A stretch of DNA of 64,000 nucleotides from Histomonas meleagridis 2922-C6/04-290x (Eukaryota; Protista; Parabasalia). The stretch is taken from assembly GCA_020184695.1 (NCBI GenBank), contig JAANOX010000111.1:124001-188000 (forward strand). Reading direction: 5' to 3'. Below are positions 55,501 through 64,000 of the stretch, piece by piece (position 1 is the first letter of the stretch; each line of letters opens with the position of its first letter). The translations under genes were made by a program, and so were the position numbers. Under the pieces are notes generated by a model. That model saw nothing but the letters and a program-made list of their open reading frames with translations. It was not told the origin of the DNA and searched no databases.

Positions 55501-56272
55501 TTGGATTAGCACCAGGAAGTGATGCAAGCCTTATAAGAAATAATAAAAATTTATGAACATTTGGTATAACATTATTAGAAAAATAGATTTTGAAGACAGT
55601 ATCATTTGTGATGTGACCAATGAACGATAGAAATAGGGTAACGTTCTCCGCCGATAGGGAAAAACAATGTAAAAACATTTCGGATAAATCATAATGTTGT
55701 AATGTTAATGTACAACAACGTCGTAAAGAGTCACCTGTGGATAATATTGTGATAAGCCATTGAACAACTAATGGAAAACCTTCTTTGTTATGAACCGCTA
55801 AAAATTCAAATTCTTCAAAAAAAACTGAAAATATACACTGACAAAGTAATATTGCGTTGGGTTCGAGTTCTTTTTCGATGTCAAGTGAATCACCTTGATG
55901 ATCCTTACAAAAACCTTCTTTATGCCATAAATCAAAATCCCCACAATCACAATTGCCACTAAGTGAACGAGATATCCGAACGTGATGTCCTTTGTGATTG
56001 CTTTTAATAAAACAGTCTAAGCAAATACAACTATTCGTTTTGATACCACATTCATCACAATGAATTGCATAAGATCTTTTTGTCCATGAGTTTTGGCATG
56101 CGGATTTTTTAAAATTTAAAGCACAAAAATCATCCATTGAACCAACATTAAAAACATCAAATAATTTTTGTTCGGAATATGTGATAAACTTCCTTGTGTC
56201 GAGTAGAAAAATATGTCGTAAACTTTCTCGTAAAGGATCTTCTAAAAAATTTTGATATCGAGGTTGGTCCAT
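52532..56272 (-). CDS. UBR-box (N-recognin) E3 ubiquitin ligase, UBR1-like
   Basis: UBR zinc finger HCDECG..CICLDCF..HKGH..GNCDCGD..FCKDH; RING CIVCH..CTHTMHKNC..CPIDR. First ATG at 56272. Confidence 0.9.
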   Translation of the reverse strand: MDQPRYQNFLEDPLRESLRHIFLLDTRKFITYSEQKLFDVFNVGSMDDFCALNFKKSACQNSWTKRSYAIHCDECGIKTNSCICLDCFIKSNHKGHHVRISRSLSGNCDCGDFDLWHKEGFCKDHQGDSLDIEKELEPNAILLCQCIFSVFFEEFEFLAVHNKEGFPLVVQWLITILSTGDSLRRCCTLTLQHYDLSEMFLHCFSLSAENVTLFLSFIGHITNDTVFKIYFSNNVIPNVHKFLLFLIRLASLPGANPKRPPLSSMKKVIQPLFHAFHKEHVLDLINQGFKWSPCIIECLKTIFDFYGAWKNVKILSYSKANVFLSYLIVLIKAGKQFKDFEEFIINFSMFLNETIDFHFLQYREMGNKRDDLENYIIGLHRINFQLMRSIRVISKTNIICEEPFKILINSDAFNSINPFQSVLSPTTSLSLFLPLHALSWETIKHKKNLKEFFQQFVTNDIEYDQLLIKYITMPLRLIAISSLSTYNYFARNESSFLTICLSVKYYRNKVDTFIPLFSMVQAMLGLINDKNLFIKVMLSTYDIIEENEKDQNSILLTFLNDLCCLIFDRCCIINDYNTMRRLCCMTLMKSKQITLKDFPTWATNKSNKNNFADDLMSYSTRVTNANGVSFRLSDDSEWHVIMPWEDCNKLNEAISNTYSKKPNVLIPFPKFTKEFYNLDLKSVLFCSMIYSIEYYCINEFIYKKLKCHTTHMNYILNLILQTSLLINTYELYQSDEIIVANSIEELSEKLQNFEFYQFFYQRISYENSTPKSIFELMEEFQLGIYTLTRMPINYVAPQKEENIKNKAKANHLKEQIMKSFKEKITMYNGNENDKNNNEIEQEEDECIVCHENSDQPLYYPLFYYDSLLPSIVQSQNHKDTFIYISKSFCICTHTMHKNCFVSRTKRCPIDRCNRNSLLPKIPFTYDKNNEQIQHMIIYIKDFIKEIFHDNFEEAVISLSSEIILLENRYRINPNCLDENKYKILFPSLFYIIYHGMKVIDYEISKNDPFQQYLKFCLQQTEYDINVNMKEIQRIANDTDNEYLYEFLRRVSILHHFVFNDLVSNNENFYEWDEILSDIELSKRYLGKELTLTQLKQFSLTKLPDNPLYFMLPPYNVDLNSEEDLVICLLTGNILSMSKNGKYQYVMDYLREYFNNTFLLIMDLNGNDATMPAIIMKNIKTKLNVFYRDEFGDIDVGFEKGDLTLKLSQEWIEKLIDMLLSSAWVDLPTSAVIGDFMDFMQTMFRFV

Positions 56273-56585
56273 TTTACAAAAAAATTGTAGACTTGGATTT
56301 TTAAACGGTCGCACATTTTCTCATTTCGAAAACTTTAGTTCTTTGATATACCAGATAAATTTGAGGTTCATTAACAAAGCGATATTAAATTTCTAATGGC
56401 TAAGTGGTTTGTTCACTGTTTCAATGTTAAAAAAATAAGTAAATCAAATTAATGATACAAAATCCAAGCAAGAAATCAAAAAAAAAGTATAATTAAAGAA
56501 GAACCAAGTATCTTTGAGTATTATATTTACATTCATATATCAAATATTACAAAAAAAAATAGTTAAAAAGCTATAAAAAAATTCT

Positions 56586-56657
56586 TTCCGATACGGGGAG
56601 TCGAACCCCGCTCCCGTGGATGAAAACCACATATCCTAACCGATGAACGATATCGGA
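56586..56657 (-). tRNA. tRNA-Glu(TTC)
   Basis: Acceptor stem TCCGATA/TATCGGA, anticodon arm TGTGG-TTTTCAT-CCACG, T-loop GGTTCGACTCC. Confidence 0.95.
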
Positions 56658-56775
56658 AGACATTTATCATTTTAGAATTTAATATATAATTATATTTCAT
56701 CAATGAAATTGTTTTTAGAAAATCCAATTGTTGAAAAATAATAATATTGAAACAAAAGGTTTTTTTATTTTGGCT

Positions 56776-58449
56776 CTATTTATTTATTGGGATAATATTT
56801 AAGTATTTCTTCAGAATTTCAGATTCTGGAAACTCGATTATTCCTGCTTGAAGAAGAGATTCTTTGTTTGGATGATCGCATAGCACTGCTAATGCGACAG
56901 ACCTTTCTACAATCGAACGATTCTTTGGATACATCTTTAGAGCGTTCATTACTGTTGGGAGTACAGGACGAGTATTTTTAATTGTTTGCAGCATTCCATT
57001 TACTGAACATTCATATAAGAAAGAAATAATATTTTGGGCGACAATTTGATTGTTTGTATGAACTTGAAGTAATGCTGATGCAACATTAATAATGTTTTGT
57101 TCTTCAATTTTAGCTTTAACTTTTTCAGCACACATTGACAAAACCGCAAAACCGTTGGAAACGATAGAACCGTCTTTTGAGGCACCCTTAATTTTAGGCC
57201 AAACAGCATCAAATATTGCTGTGTATTTCTCATCTGGTGGTTCTACAACACTGAGCATGTTGGCTAAAAGTATAAATGAAGATACAATAATCATATTTTC
57301 TTTTGTAGTTTGAAGATATTCAAGTGCCCAATCAATTGCACCTTGATTATAGCTTTGTTTAGCAACATCTTCCATCTGAACAAGCTTAGATAAAAGCATG
57401 AAGCCGGATTCATTCTTCTTTTCAAATAGATTGTCAAGAACACCTTCTGAAACAATTTGTGTCATTTGAGGAACAGTATTTCCAAGATGGAAAAGAAGGA
57501 AGTAAACTGCTTCAAACTCATCGTCTGTTATCGGAAGTTGCATTGCTGCACAAACAGGTGGAATAAAATCAGAACGTGCAAGATATGGAATAAGTTCAGC
57601 TGGAGAAAGTCTTAAAAATCGTAGTGCATCACCTATAACGTTTGCGTTGTTCTTCCAGTGCTCCATTGCTATTCTAATAATCATGAAACCATTAAATACA
57701 TCTCCAATACCTTTTTCTGCGCATATTCTGGCAGCTGAAATGCATCCAACAACTATCATTTCGTTGTCCATATGTAATTGCATTGCTCCAAATAAAACTC
57801 TTGATGCACCAGTATCATTAATTTTCTTAATAAGATCATCACTGAGTTCATTTTCAGTTAGATAAGTCATAAGGGCTGTGAGGCTAGCCATGAGATTCAT
57901 TTCACTGATAATATGTAGTACGATCATGCCGAATGGTTTTAACTGGGCATCTGTTTGTTCAAAATTCTCAGGTATTCCAACTACCTTAAGAACGCGTTTC
58001 ATTGCAGCTTGTCCTTCATCGCTTATTTTCAATGCGTTTGATAATGAATATTCTTGAAGTGCGTCAAGTAATTGGGTTTTAGCTTCAAGAACTTGACCTT
58101 TACGAAGGTAAGCCAATGAAAGTACTTGAATTAATGGATCTTTGTTTAATACATCTTCCTTTACAACTTTACTTTCGTCGTCTGGTCTTTTTTCTTTGTA
58201 CAAAGTAATAACAGCATTAGCGTCTGATAGTGCGTCATCTTTTTTATCCAAGAATAGATTACACATTGATCTATTCAATAAGCATGTAGATTTTAGTACA
58301 ACTTTTTCATCCGTATCTGTTTCTATCTTATCTATTACTTTATTAAAATGTTCAATAGCCTTTTGCCAATGTTTCTTGTTCATACATTGGATCCCATAAT
58401 CCTTCAGCTTGATGAAATCGTCCATTTCAAGCAAAGAGTTTATGGCCAT
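56776..58449 (-). CDS. TPR + ARM-repeat protein (UNC-45/TTC12-like architecture)
   Basis: N-terminal TPRs (LKDYGIQCM..WQKAIEHF; LLNRSMCNL; AYLRKGQVL) followed by helical ARM-like repeats. Confidence 0.75.
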   Translation of the reverse strand: MAINSLLEMDDFIKLKDYGIQCMNKKHWQKAIEHFNKVIDKIETDTDEKVVLKSTCLLNRSMCNLFLDKKDDALSDANAVITLYKEKRPDDESKVVKEDVLNKDPLIQVLSLAYLRKGQVLEAKTQLLDALQEYSLSNALKISDEGQAAMKRVLKVVGIPENFEQTDAQLKPFGMIVLHIISEMNLMASLTALMTYLTENELSDDLIKKINDTGASRVLFGAMQLHMDNEMIVVGCISAARICAEKGIGDVFNGFMIIRIAMEHWKNNANVIGDALRFLRLSPAELIPYLARSDFIPPVCAAMQLPITDDEFEAVYFLLFHLGNTVPQMTQIVSEGVLDNLFEKKNESGFMLLSKLVQMEDVAKQSYNQGAIDWALEYLQTTKENMIIVSSFILLANMLSVVEPPDEKYTAIFDAVWPKIKGASKDGSIVSNGFAVLSMCAEKVKAKIEEQNIINVASALLQVHTNNQIVAQNIISFLYECSVNGMLQTIKNTRPVLPTVMNALKMYPKNRSIVERSVALAVLCDHPNKESLLQAGIIEFPESEILKKYLNIIPINK

Positions 58450-58537
58450 TTACTTAAATTCAAAATTTGAATTGAAGACGTTCAAAAATTTTCAAAAGAA
58501 AAAAGTGACTGTTTATTGATGAAACCGCTATAGGCAT

Positions 58538-59509
58538 TTAATAAGAGTATGGATTTGTTGGTGCATTTTGATTGATGCCAAGATAGCCGCCGGTTGGTGG
58601 AACTGGTTGTGTGTTTGCAGGATAGTTATTAACTGGTGGTAAATATTGATTTTGAGGAACTTGATATCCACCTTGTGGAGGTGGAGCTTGTTTAGGAGGT
58701 GGTTGGTAATATGTTGGTGGGATTGATGGATTAGGATTTGTTGAATATGGAATTACAGGTTTGGGTGGTTGCTTCTCAATTTCAGATGGTTGTGGATAAT
58801 GTGGATATGCTTGTTGAATTGGTGGAGTTGTTGGTGGATAAGCCTTTGGTTGTTGTGGTGGATATCCTTGTTGTGGTGGATATCCTTGTTGTGGTGGATA
58901 TCCTTGTTGTGGTGGATATCCTTGTTGTGGAGGATAACCTTGTTGTTGAGGTGGATAGCCTTGAGCTGGTGGATATTCAGTTGGTGGAGCTGGGTAGAAG
59001 CATTGTTGTGGTCCTGAAGTATTTTCTGTTGGTTGTGGTTGTATAGGTGCTTGTGGTTGAACAGCTTGTCCTGGTGTAGTTCCTGCCTTAGCTAATGTTA
59101 CTGGTGAAGGTGGTGCCCTGAATGGATGTGCAGATGTTGAAGCAAGATGGATACGTAAATGAATACGAACCAATCCATACTTAGAGCTCTTGCACTTTAA
59201 GTCAAACCATTGTTCAAGAACAGTATTAGCAACAAACAAGTTAATTGGCAATTGAAGGGTACCAACTGTGTCATCGCTACCCATAATGTTTTCTAGTTTT
59301 AAGGTGAGCAAGAACATTTGTGTTTTTGGATTTGTTACCATTAAGGTAAAAGTTTGGTTCCATCTTGGTTGTGTATCATTAGGGATAATGTTTGTTCTTC
59401 TTTGAAGGCTGTTTCCTATGACCTGTAAATAACAGTATGTTGATGGAAGGCCCTTCTTCTTGATGTTCGTAAGCCCTTCAGCTTCGATTACACATACGTG
59501 GAGATTCAT
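58538..59509 (-). CDS. C2-domain protein with XYPPX (GYPPQQ) repeats
   Basis: LHVCVIEAEGL..PRWNQTF..EQWFDL C2 domain; tandem GYPPQQ repeats. Confidence 0.9.
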   Translation of the reverse strand: MNLHVCVIEAEGLTNIKKKGLPSTYCYLQVIGNSLQRRTNIIPNDTQPRWNQTFTLMVTNPKTQMFLLTLKLENIMGSDDTVGTLQLPINLFVANTVLEQWFDLKCKSSKYGLVRIHLRIHLASTSAHPFRAPPSPVTLAKAGTTPGQAVQPQAPIQPQPTENTSGPQQCFYPAPPTEYPPAQGYPPQQQGYPPQQGYPPQQGYPPQQGYPPQQGYPPQQPKAYPPTTPPIQQAYPHYPQPSEIEKQPPKPVIPYSTNPNPSIPPTYYQPPPKQAPPPQGGYQVPQNQYLPPVNNYPANTQPVPPTGGYLGINQNAPTNPYSY

Positions 59510-59999
59510 TCTAAAAATGATAAGATGACTTTTCTGAGGAAAACGATAGTTTTATCGGAACTTTTTTTATTCAAAGTAATCGTAAAAATCTGAATTTGAA
59601 TGGGGTTACGGTGATATAAACCGTTGCATTTACTCGGTTTGACCAAATTACAATTGAAAAAAATGTTGTGATACTGGTGATCAATTGGAGAAGAAATCAG
59701 ATTTCCTATAACTTTGATTACTTAAAATATTACAATAAATTTAATGACATATTTATTTCTAAAAAATCATAATAAATTTTTATTTCTAACAAAAGAAAAA
59801 TTTGGTTAAAAGTTAGCGGTCATTGAACAATAGAACTCTCAAATTTGAATGAAACCGAGAAAATTTTCTTTCTGACGTTGATAACTTTTCAATTAAAAAA
59901 AATCTGACATTTGATAATAACTTATTATTTGCACATAAAATTTCGTTAAACAAAAGTAAAAAAAATACAAAAGTTTAATAATATGATTAAAACAATTTC

Positions 60000-62930
60000 C
60001 TATGCAAAATCCGACACGCACCAAAAATGAGCGAAACCATTTTCATCTCCTGTCATAAAAATTTCATTTATATGATTTGCGCATTTTATAGGATAAATAT
60101 GTTTATGTAATGATTCGATATTTAAATTTATCTCATCGTTGTCATTATCATCATTATTAATCATTAAATTCTTTTTTAATTCTCCGTCGAAAAGTAATAA
60201 ACTATTTTGGAAATCCATACAATCGACATAAACGACATTTAAATCGTTTATAATTACACCATTACCATCATAAGGCAACACGAACGAATTTTTCATATTA
60301 AAAACAAATTCAGGATGATTCGCCTCAGTATCATAACATATGACATTATCCGGAGTAGCGACAATGAAATTACATTGATTTCTATTCACAAGTGCTAAAC
60401 TTAACACAGATGGAGTATATATATTCGAAATAGGTAACATTATTCGCGTATCGAATATTGTCACAAGTCCCTCATTAAATCCGACTCCTAATAAAACGTT
60501 ATTCCTCCATGTACAAAAAGAAGAAGTTGAAAAAAGATTATTACCAAATGTTATAGTGTTTTGTATATTATAATCTCTCTTATCAAAGATAATCATTTTC
60601 CCTTTTTTCGATATTCCATATAATATATTCGGATCAGTTGAAATAATATTTGTTACTGGTGACTCGAAATTTATATTCGTTTCTGTTCTTTGTTTAGTGT
60701 TTAAATCTATTAATGAAAGTTTTCCTATTTCATTAGCAATTGCAATTGAATTTGTATTACGAATTTGTGTAATTGCTGAAACGCCATTTTCTTCTTCAAT
60801 AAATAAATATGAGCGTTTGTTTCGTGGCGCTAAATAAACATTTCCTTTAGTGTCTGACATTATTCCGAATAAATTTTCTTCATAAATCGGACTCATTATT
60901 GAAATTGGATAATCTGAAATTTTATAACTTGAGATAAAACGTGGAGAAATTGTTATGCCGATATGTGTCATTAATGATTCAGTTTCAAATTTCTTTTTTT
61001 CAATTGATTTTATTATGTTCTTATGATATTGTTGTGGCTCTAATAAATCATGAATAAATAAACTTAAGTTTTCATATTCGAAAAAATTAGGAAGTAATCG
61101 AAATATTTTTGTTGTATAATATTTGAAGTTTGGTGAATTTATTGTTTCTTTAAATTCTAATATTAAGAAATATAATTCGGGTGTTAATGTTTTAGGAAAT
61201 AAATTTTGTTCTAAAAGCCATAAAATATTTGATAAATATGAAATTATATTTTTTTCTATTTTTTCTTCTTTTATTAATGTTAAAATTATTGTTGGAATAT
61301 CTTTATAAAGTTGTCTTAATAAATGTTTTTCATTCGAATTTTCATAATATATTCGATAAATTCGGAATATTCCTATTTTAAGTTTAACATTATTTTCGGA
61401 TGTTAAACATGAAAACATTAACTTATGGAAATATATAAATGATTCATAATTTAATTTATCAATAATCAAATACATAGAATGAATAAATCCTTTAATAACA
61501 ATAACTTCTGTTTCATTCTTAATGAAATTTAACATTTCAAATGCATATTGTATTATATCTGATTGAAGTTTATACATACTAATTGTCATTAAAGGACAAA
61601 CATTTGCTGTTGTTGTTCGAAATCCAATTGATTGATTATTTACTGCTTTACATATAATTGGTATTACATATTTTTGGAATATAATTTGAAATCCATCAGG
61701 AATATTTTTTAAAGAACAAATTATTTTATAAATACATGTTAATGAATTGGATTTAACAATGTCAGAAGGTGTTTTAAGTAATGAACAAAAATGTGGTAAA
61801 ACTCTATTTAGTTTAAAAATATCATTTAATGGTAATGAATAATCGTAAATAAAATTCATAAAATAAACGGTTTCTTGTACCTTTGAAGAATTCGAAAGAT
61901 AACGCAAAAATATCCCTAAAAACAAAAGTCTTGATTCAGTTGGGAGATTTTCAAATAGTAATTCAAACGATGGTATTAATGATATAATATGTTTTAATTC
62001 TACTTCACCAGAAAAAAATTGTGACGATTGTTCTGATAATTGTGAGAAAGAAGGTGGGAAATATTCATGATATTTCTTGAAAACTGTGATTCTTTCATCA
62101 GGATCTAATGACAATAAAGATTTTATAAACGGTCGTATTTCGGTTGGAACTTTTTCAAGCTTTTCAGTGATGTCAATTTGCGACTTACGATATTGAATTA
62201 ATTGGGAAAATGTAAAAAGATGGGATTCTGTGAAAAGATAGTAAAGAACAAGACCGGTAGAAAAAAGATCCATAGGGAATGTGCCTAACCCAAAGATAGC
62301 ACTTTCAATTTGTTTGTTGGAATCAATGATTTGATCAGGGGAAAGATAACAATACCCTTCAGAGGCAGTTGTGAAGTAGTGATGAAATAATTGTGGTTTG
62401 TCTTCTTTAATGTGAGATGGCTTAAATGGAGATAAATCACTGATTTTAACTTCTAAATCTAATGAAACAAATACATTGTGTGGGTTTATAGATCCATGAA
62501 TGAGATTGATCTCATGGAGTGAATTAACTGCTGATATGATTTTGAAAGAAATCCATAATTTTTCGATTGATTCAAGTGGTGGATATTCTTCAATTCTTTG
62601 AGAAAGTGTAAATTCGTACTTTGGCCGGATTAGGAAAGCGCAATTATCGACTACATGAATTGCATTATATACTCCAATATTATCAATCTTATTCATTGAA
62701 TCTTTTAATATGTTAAAATAAATTTCGCAGCTCCCTATTAAACTCATTTGTTTTAGTGGTGCATTTGACTGAAATGCTTTTACAATAACTGGGTTTCTTT
62801 TTTTATCAATACAATCAAGGTTAAGAGCAAATGTTCCTGATTCATTAAATTTTTTGACTGTAATTCCAAAGTAGTGGAGATAATCAGAATACCAATTTCC
62901 CATAGAAGGAATTACTACTTCATTTCCCAT
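60000..62930 (-). CDS. VPS15: Vps15/PIK3R4-like protein (kinase-like + HEAT + WD40)
   Basis: MGN N-terminus; TLSQRIEEYPPLESIEKLWISFKI, LSDLSPFKPSHI, FHHYF; HEAT-like middle and WD40-like C-terminus. Confidence 0.8.
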   Translation of the reverse strand: MGNEVVIPSMGNWYSDYLHYFGITVKKFNESGTFALNLDCIDKKRNPVIVKAFQSNAPLKQMSLIGSCEIYFNILKDSMNKIDNIGVYNAIHVVDNCAFLIRPKYEFTLSQRIEEYPPLESIEKLWISFKIISAVNSLHEINLIHGSINPHNVFVSLDLEVKISDLSPFKPSHIKEDKPQLFHHYFTTASEGYCYLSPDQIIDSNKQIESAIFGLGTFPMDLFSTGLVLYYLFTESHLFTFSQLIQYRKSQIDITEKLEKVPTEIRPFIKSLLSLDPDERITVFKKYHEYFPPSFSQLSEQSSQFFSGEVELKHIISLIPSFELLFENLPTESRLLFLGIFLRYLSNSSKVQETVYFMNFIYDYSLPLNDIFKLNRVLPHFCSLLKTPSDIVKSNSLTCIYKIICSLKNIPDGFQIIFQKYVIPIICKAVNNQSIGFRTTTANVCPLMTISMYKLQSDIIQYAFEMLNFIKNETEVIVIKGFIHSMYLIIDKLNYESFIYFHKLMFSCLTSENNVKLKIGIFRIYRIYYENSNEKHLLRQLYKDIPTIILTLIKEEKIEKNIISYLSNILWLLEQNLFPKTLTPELYFLILEFKETINSPNFKYYTTKIFRLLPNFFEYENLSLFIHDLLEPQQYHKNIIKSIEKKKFETESLMTHIGITISPRFISSYKISDYPISIMSPIYEENLFGIMSDTKGNVYLAPRNKRSYLFIEEENGVSAITQIRNTNSIAIANEIGKLSLIDLNTKQRTETNINFESPVTNIISTDPNILYGISKKGKMIIFDKRDYNIQNTITFGNNLFSTSSFCTWRNNVLLGVGFNEGLVTIFDTRIMLPISNIYTPSVLSLALVNRNQCNFIVATPDNVICYDTEANHPEFVFNMKNSFVLPYDGNGVIINDLNVVYVDCMDFQNSLLLFDGELKKNLMINNDDNDNDEINLNIESLHKHIYPIKCANHINEIFMTGDENGFAHFWCVSDFA

Positions 62931-63056
62931 TTTTTAAGTTCGTTTAGGGCGCCCAAATGTTTTGAATCCATAAAACGGTTATTCGTTTTAGTAAAATTTT
63001 TGGAATTAAAAGAAATTTGAAGCATTTCCTTTTTTATTAAAACCCAAAATCATCTT

Positions 63057-64000
63057 TCACCATGATGACGAATGCGATTTTTGTAGGTATAAATGAGTGA
63101 GTATATAAAAGATCGAAACAGATATAATTAAAACTAATGTAATTCCACTTAACAACAATAGATAAAAAATCCCTGGTGGCATTTTATATTTTGGGGAAGA
63201 TGGTTCAAATGTTGTTTCTTTATATGTTTTTTCGAAGTTTATTTTATTTTCGCTTTGTTCTTTCCAATCAAATACTTTTTTGGGTTCATCAGGTTTATTT
63301 TTAGCAAAAAATTCTTCCAAAGTTATATGTTTTGTTTCACTTATTATTGTCTTTGTTCCAATAGATGCAAATGCTGCAACATGTACATAAGAAAAATGAT
63401 AATATTTATCAACTGGAATAGTTCCATGAGAAATTTTAGCATCTGCTTGTTTTACTGATGTAATATTTGTGTTATCATAAATATCATTTATATATAGATA
63501 TTTAATTTTCAATGTAGAATAATCAAATTTAGTCATATCTGATAAATATTGCTTCTTACCACTGGGTGTAAATCCAATAATTTTATAATAATATTCTTTT
63601 CTCTTTATACTTAATTTTAATGTTTTGGTATATAAATCTTTTATTACTGTAGGTTTATTAAGTTTTAATGCGTATTGAAATGAATTATCATAAGTATATT
63701 GAAGTGACGTTTTTTGATATAAATAACATAAAACGTTAACAAGAGTTTTCCTTTCGTTTTCTGTTATTAAATGTTTACTATGACCAATTTGAATCATTGC
63801 TGTATTTTTAAATGTTGTTAAATAATATCTTGGATCTACGTATGTATATTCTGATAATAATGAATTTGGAATTTCATATTTAAAGCTTTCTGCTTGTAAT
63901 AATGGTGTAAAATACCCAGAATTTTCTAAATAATATTTGTCATCATATAAATTCATCCATACATCACCAAATGCTGCATTGTTATTTGTATGTGTTAATG
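63057..64000 (-). CDS. Type I membrane protein, 5'-truncated by the window edge
   Basis: The frame is open from 63998 through the track ORF; C-terminal TM IFYLLLLSGITLVLIISVSIFYIL. Confidence 0.7.
   Translation of the reverse strand, partial: LTHTNNNAAFGDVWMNLYDDKYYLENSGYFTPLLQAESFKYEIPNSLLSEYTYVDPRYYLTTFKNTAMIQIGHSKHLITENERKTLVNVLCYLYQKTSLQYTYDNSFQYALKLNKPTVIKDLYTKTLKLSIKRKEYYYKIIGFTPSGKKQYLSDMTKFDYSTLKIKYLYINDIYDNTNITSVKQADAKISHGTIPVDKYYHFSYVHVAAFASIGTKTIISETKHITLEEFFAKNKPDEPKKVFDWKEQSENKINFEKTYKETTFEPSSPKYKMPPGIFYLLLLSGITLVLIISVSIFYILTHLYLQKSHSSSW

Overview
AT-rich eukaryotic DNA with densely packed, apparently intron-poor genes in the standard genetic code. The gene content (a 486-aa trichomonad-type SAHH, BspA-like LRR_5 surface protein, DUF3447-like ankyrin genes, saposin-like protein, LRR-PP2C) points to a parabasalid (inference; species not determined). 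It holds about 27 protein genes and 2 tRNAs. The standout feature is two ankyrin-repeat genes on the minus strand (16.4-20.9 kb and 50.1-52.0 kb), plus a relic at about 6.0-6.3 kb. After an ordinary N-terminal ORF, every ankyrin module is separated from the next by an AT-rich, stop-containing spacer with no GT-AG ends. The module period is exactly 170 nt in 18 of 26 intervals, and the main short variants are 153 and 136 nt (17-nt steps). The modules stay stop-free while rotating reading frame, which suggests the spacers are removed or bypassed by a non-canonical mechanism (unusual splicing, ribosomal bypass or DNA excision). I do not know of a description of this but could not search the literature. 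All coordinates and periods were counted by hand.
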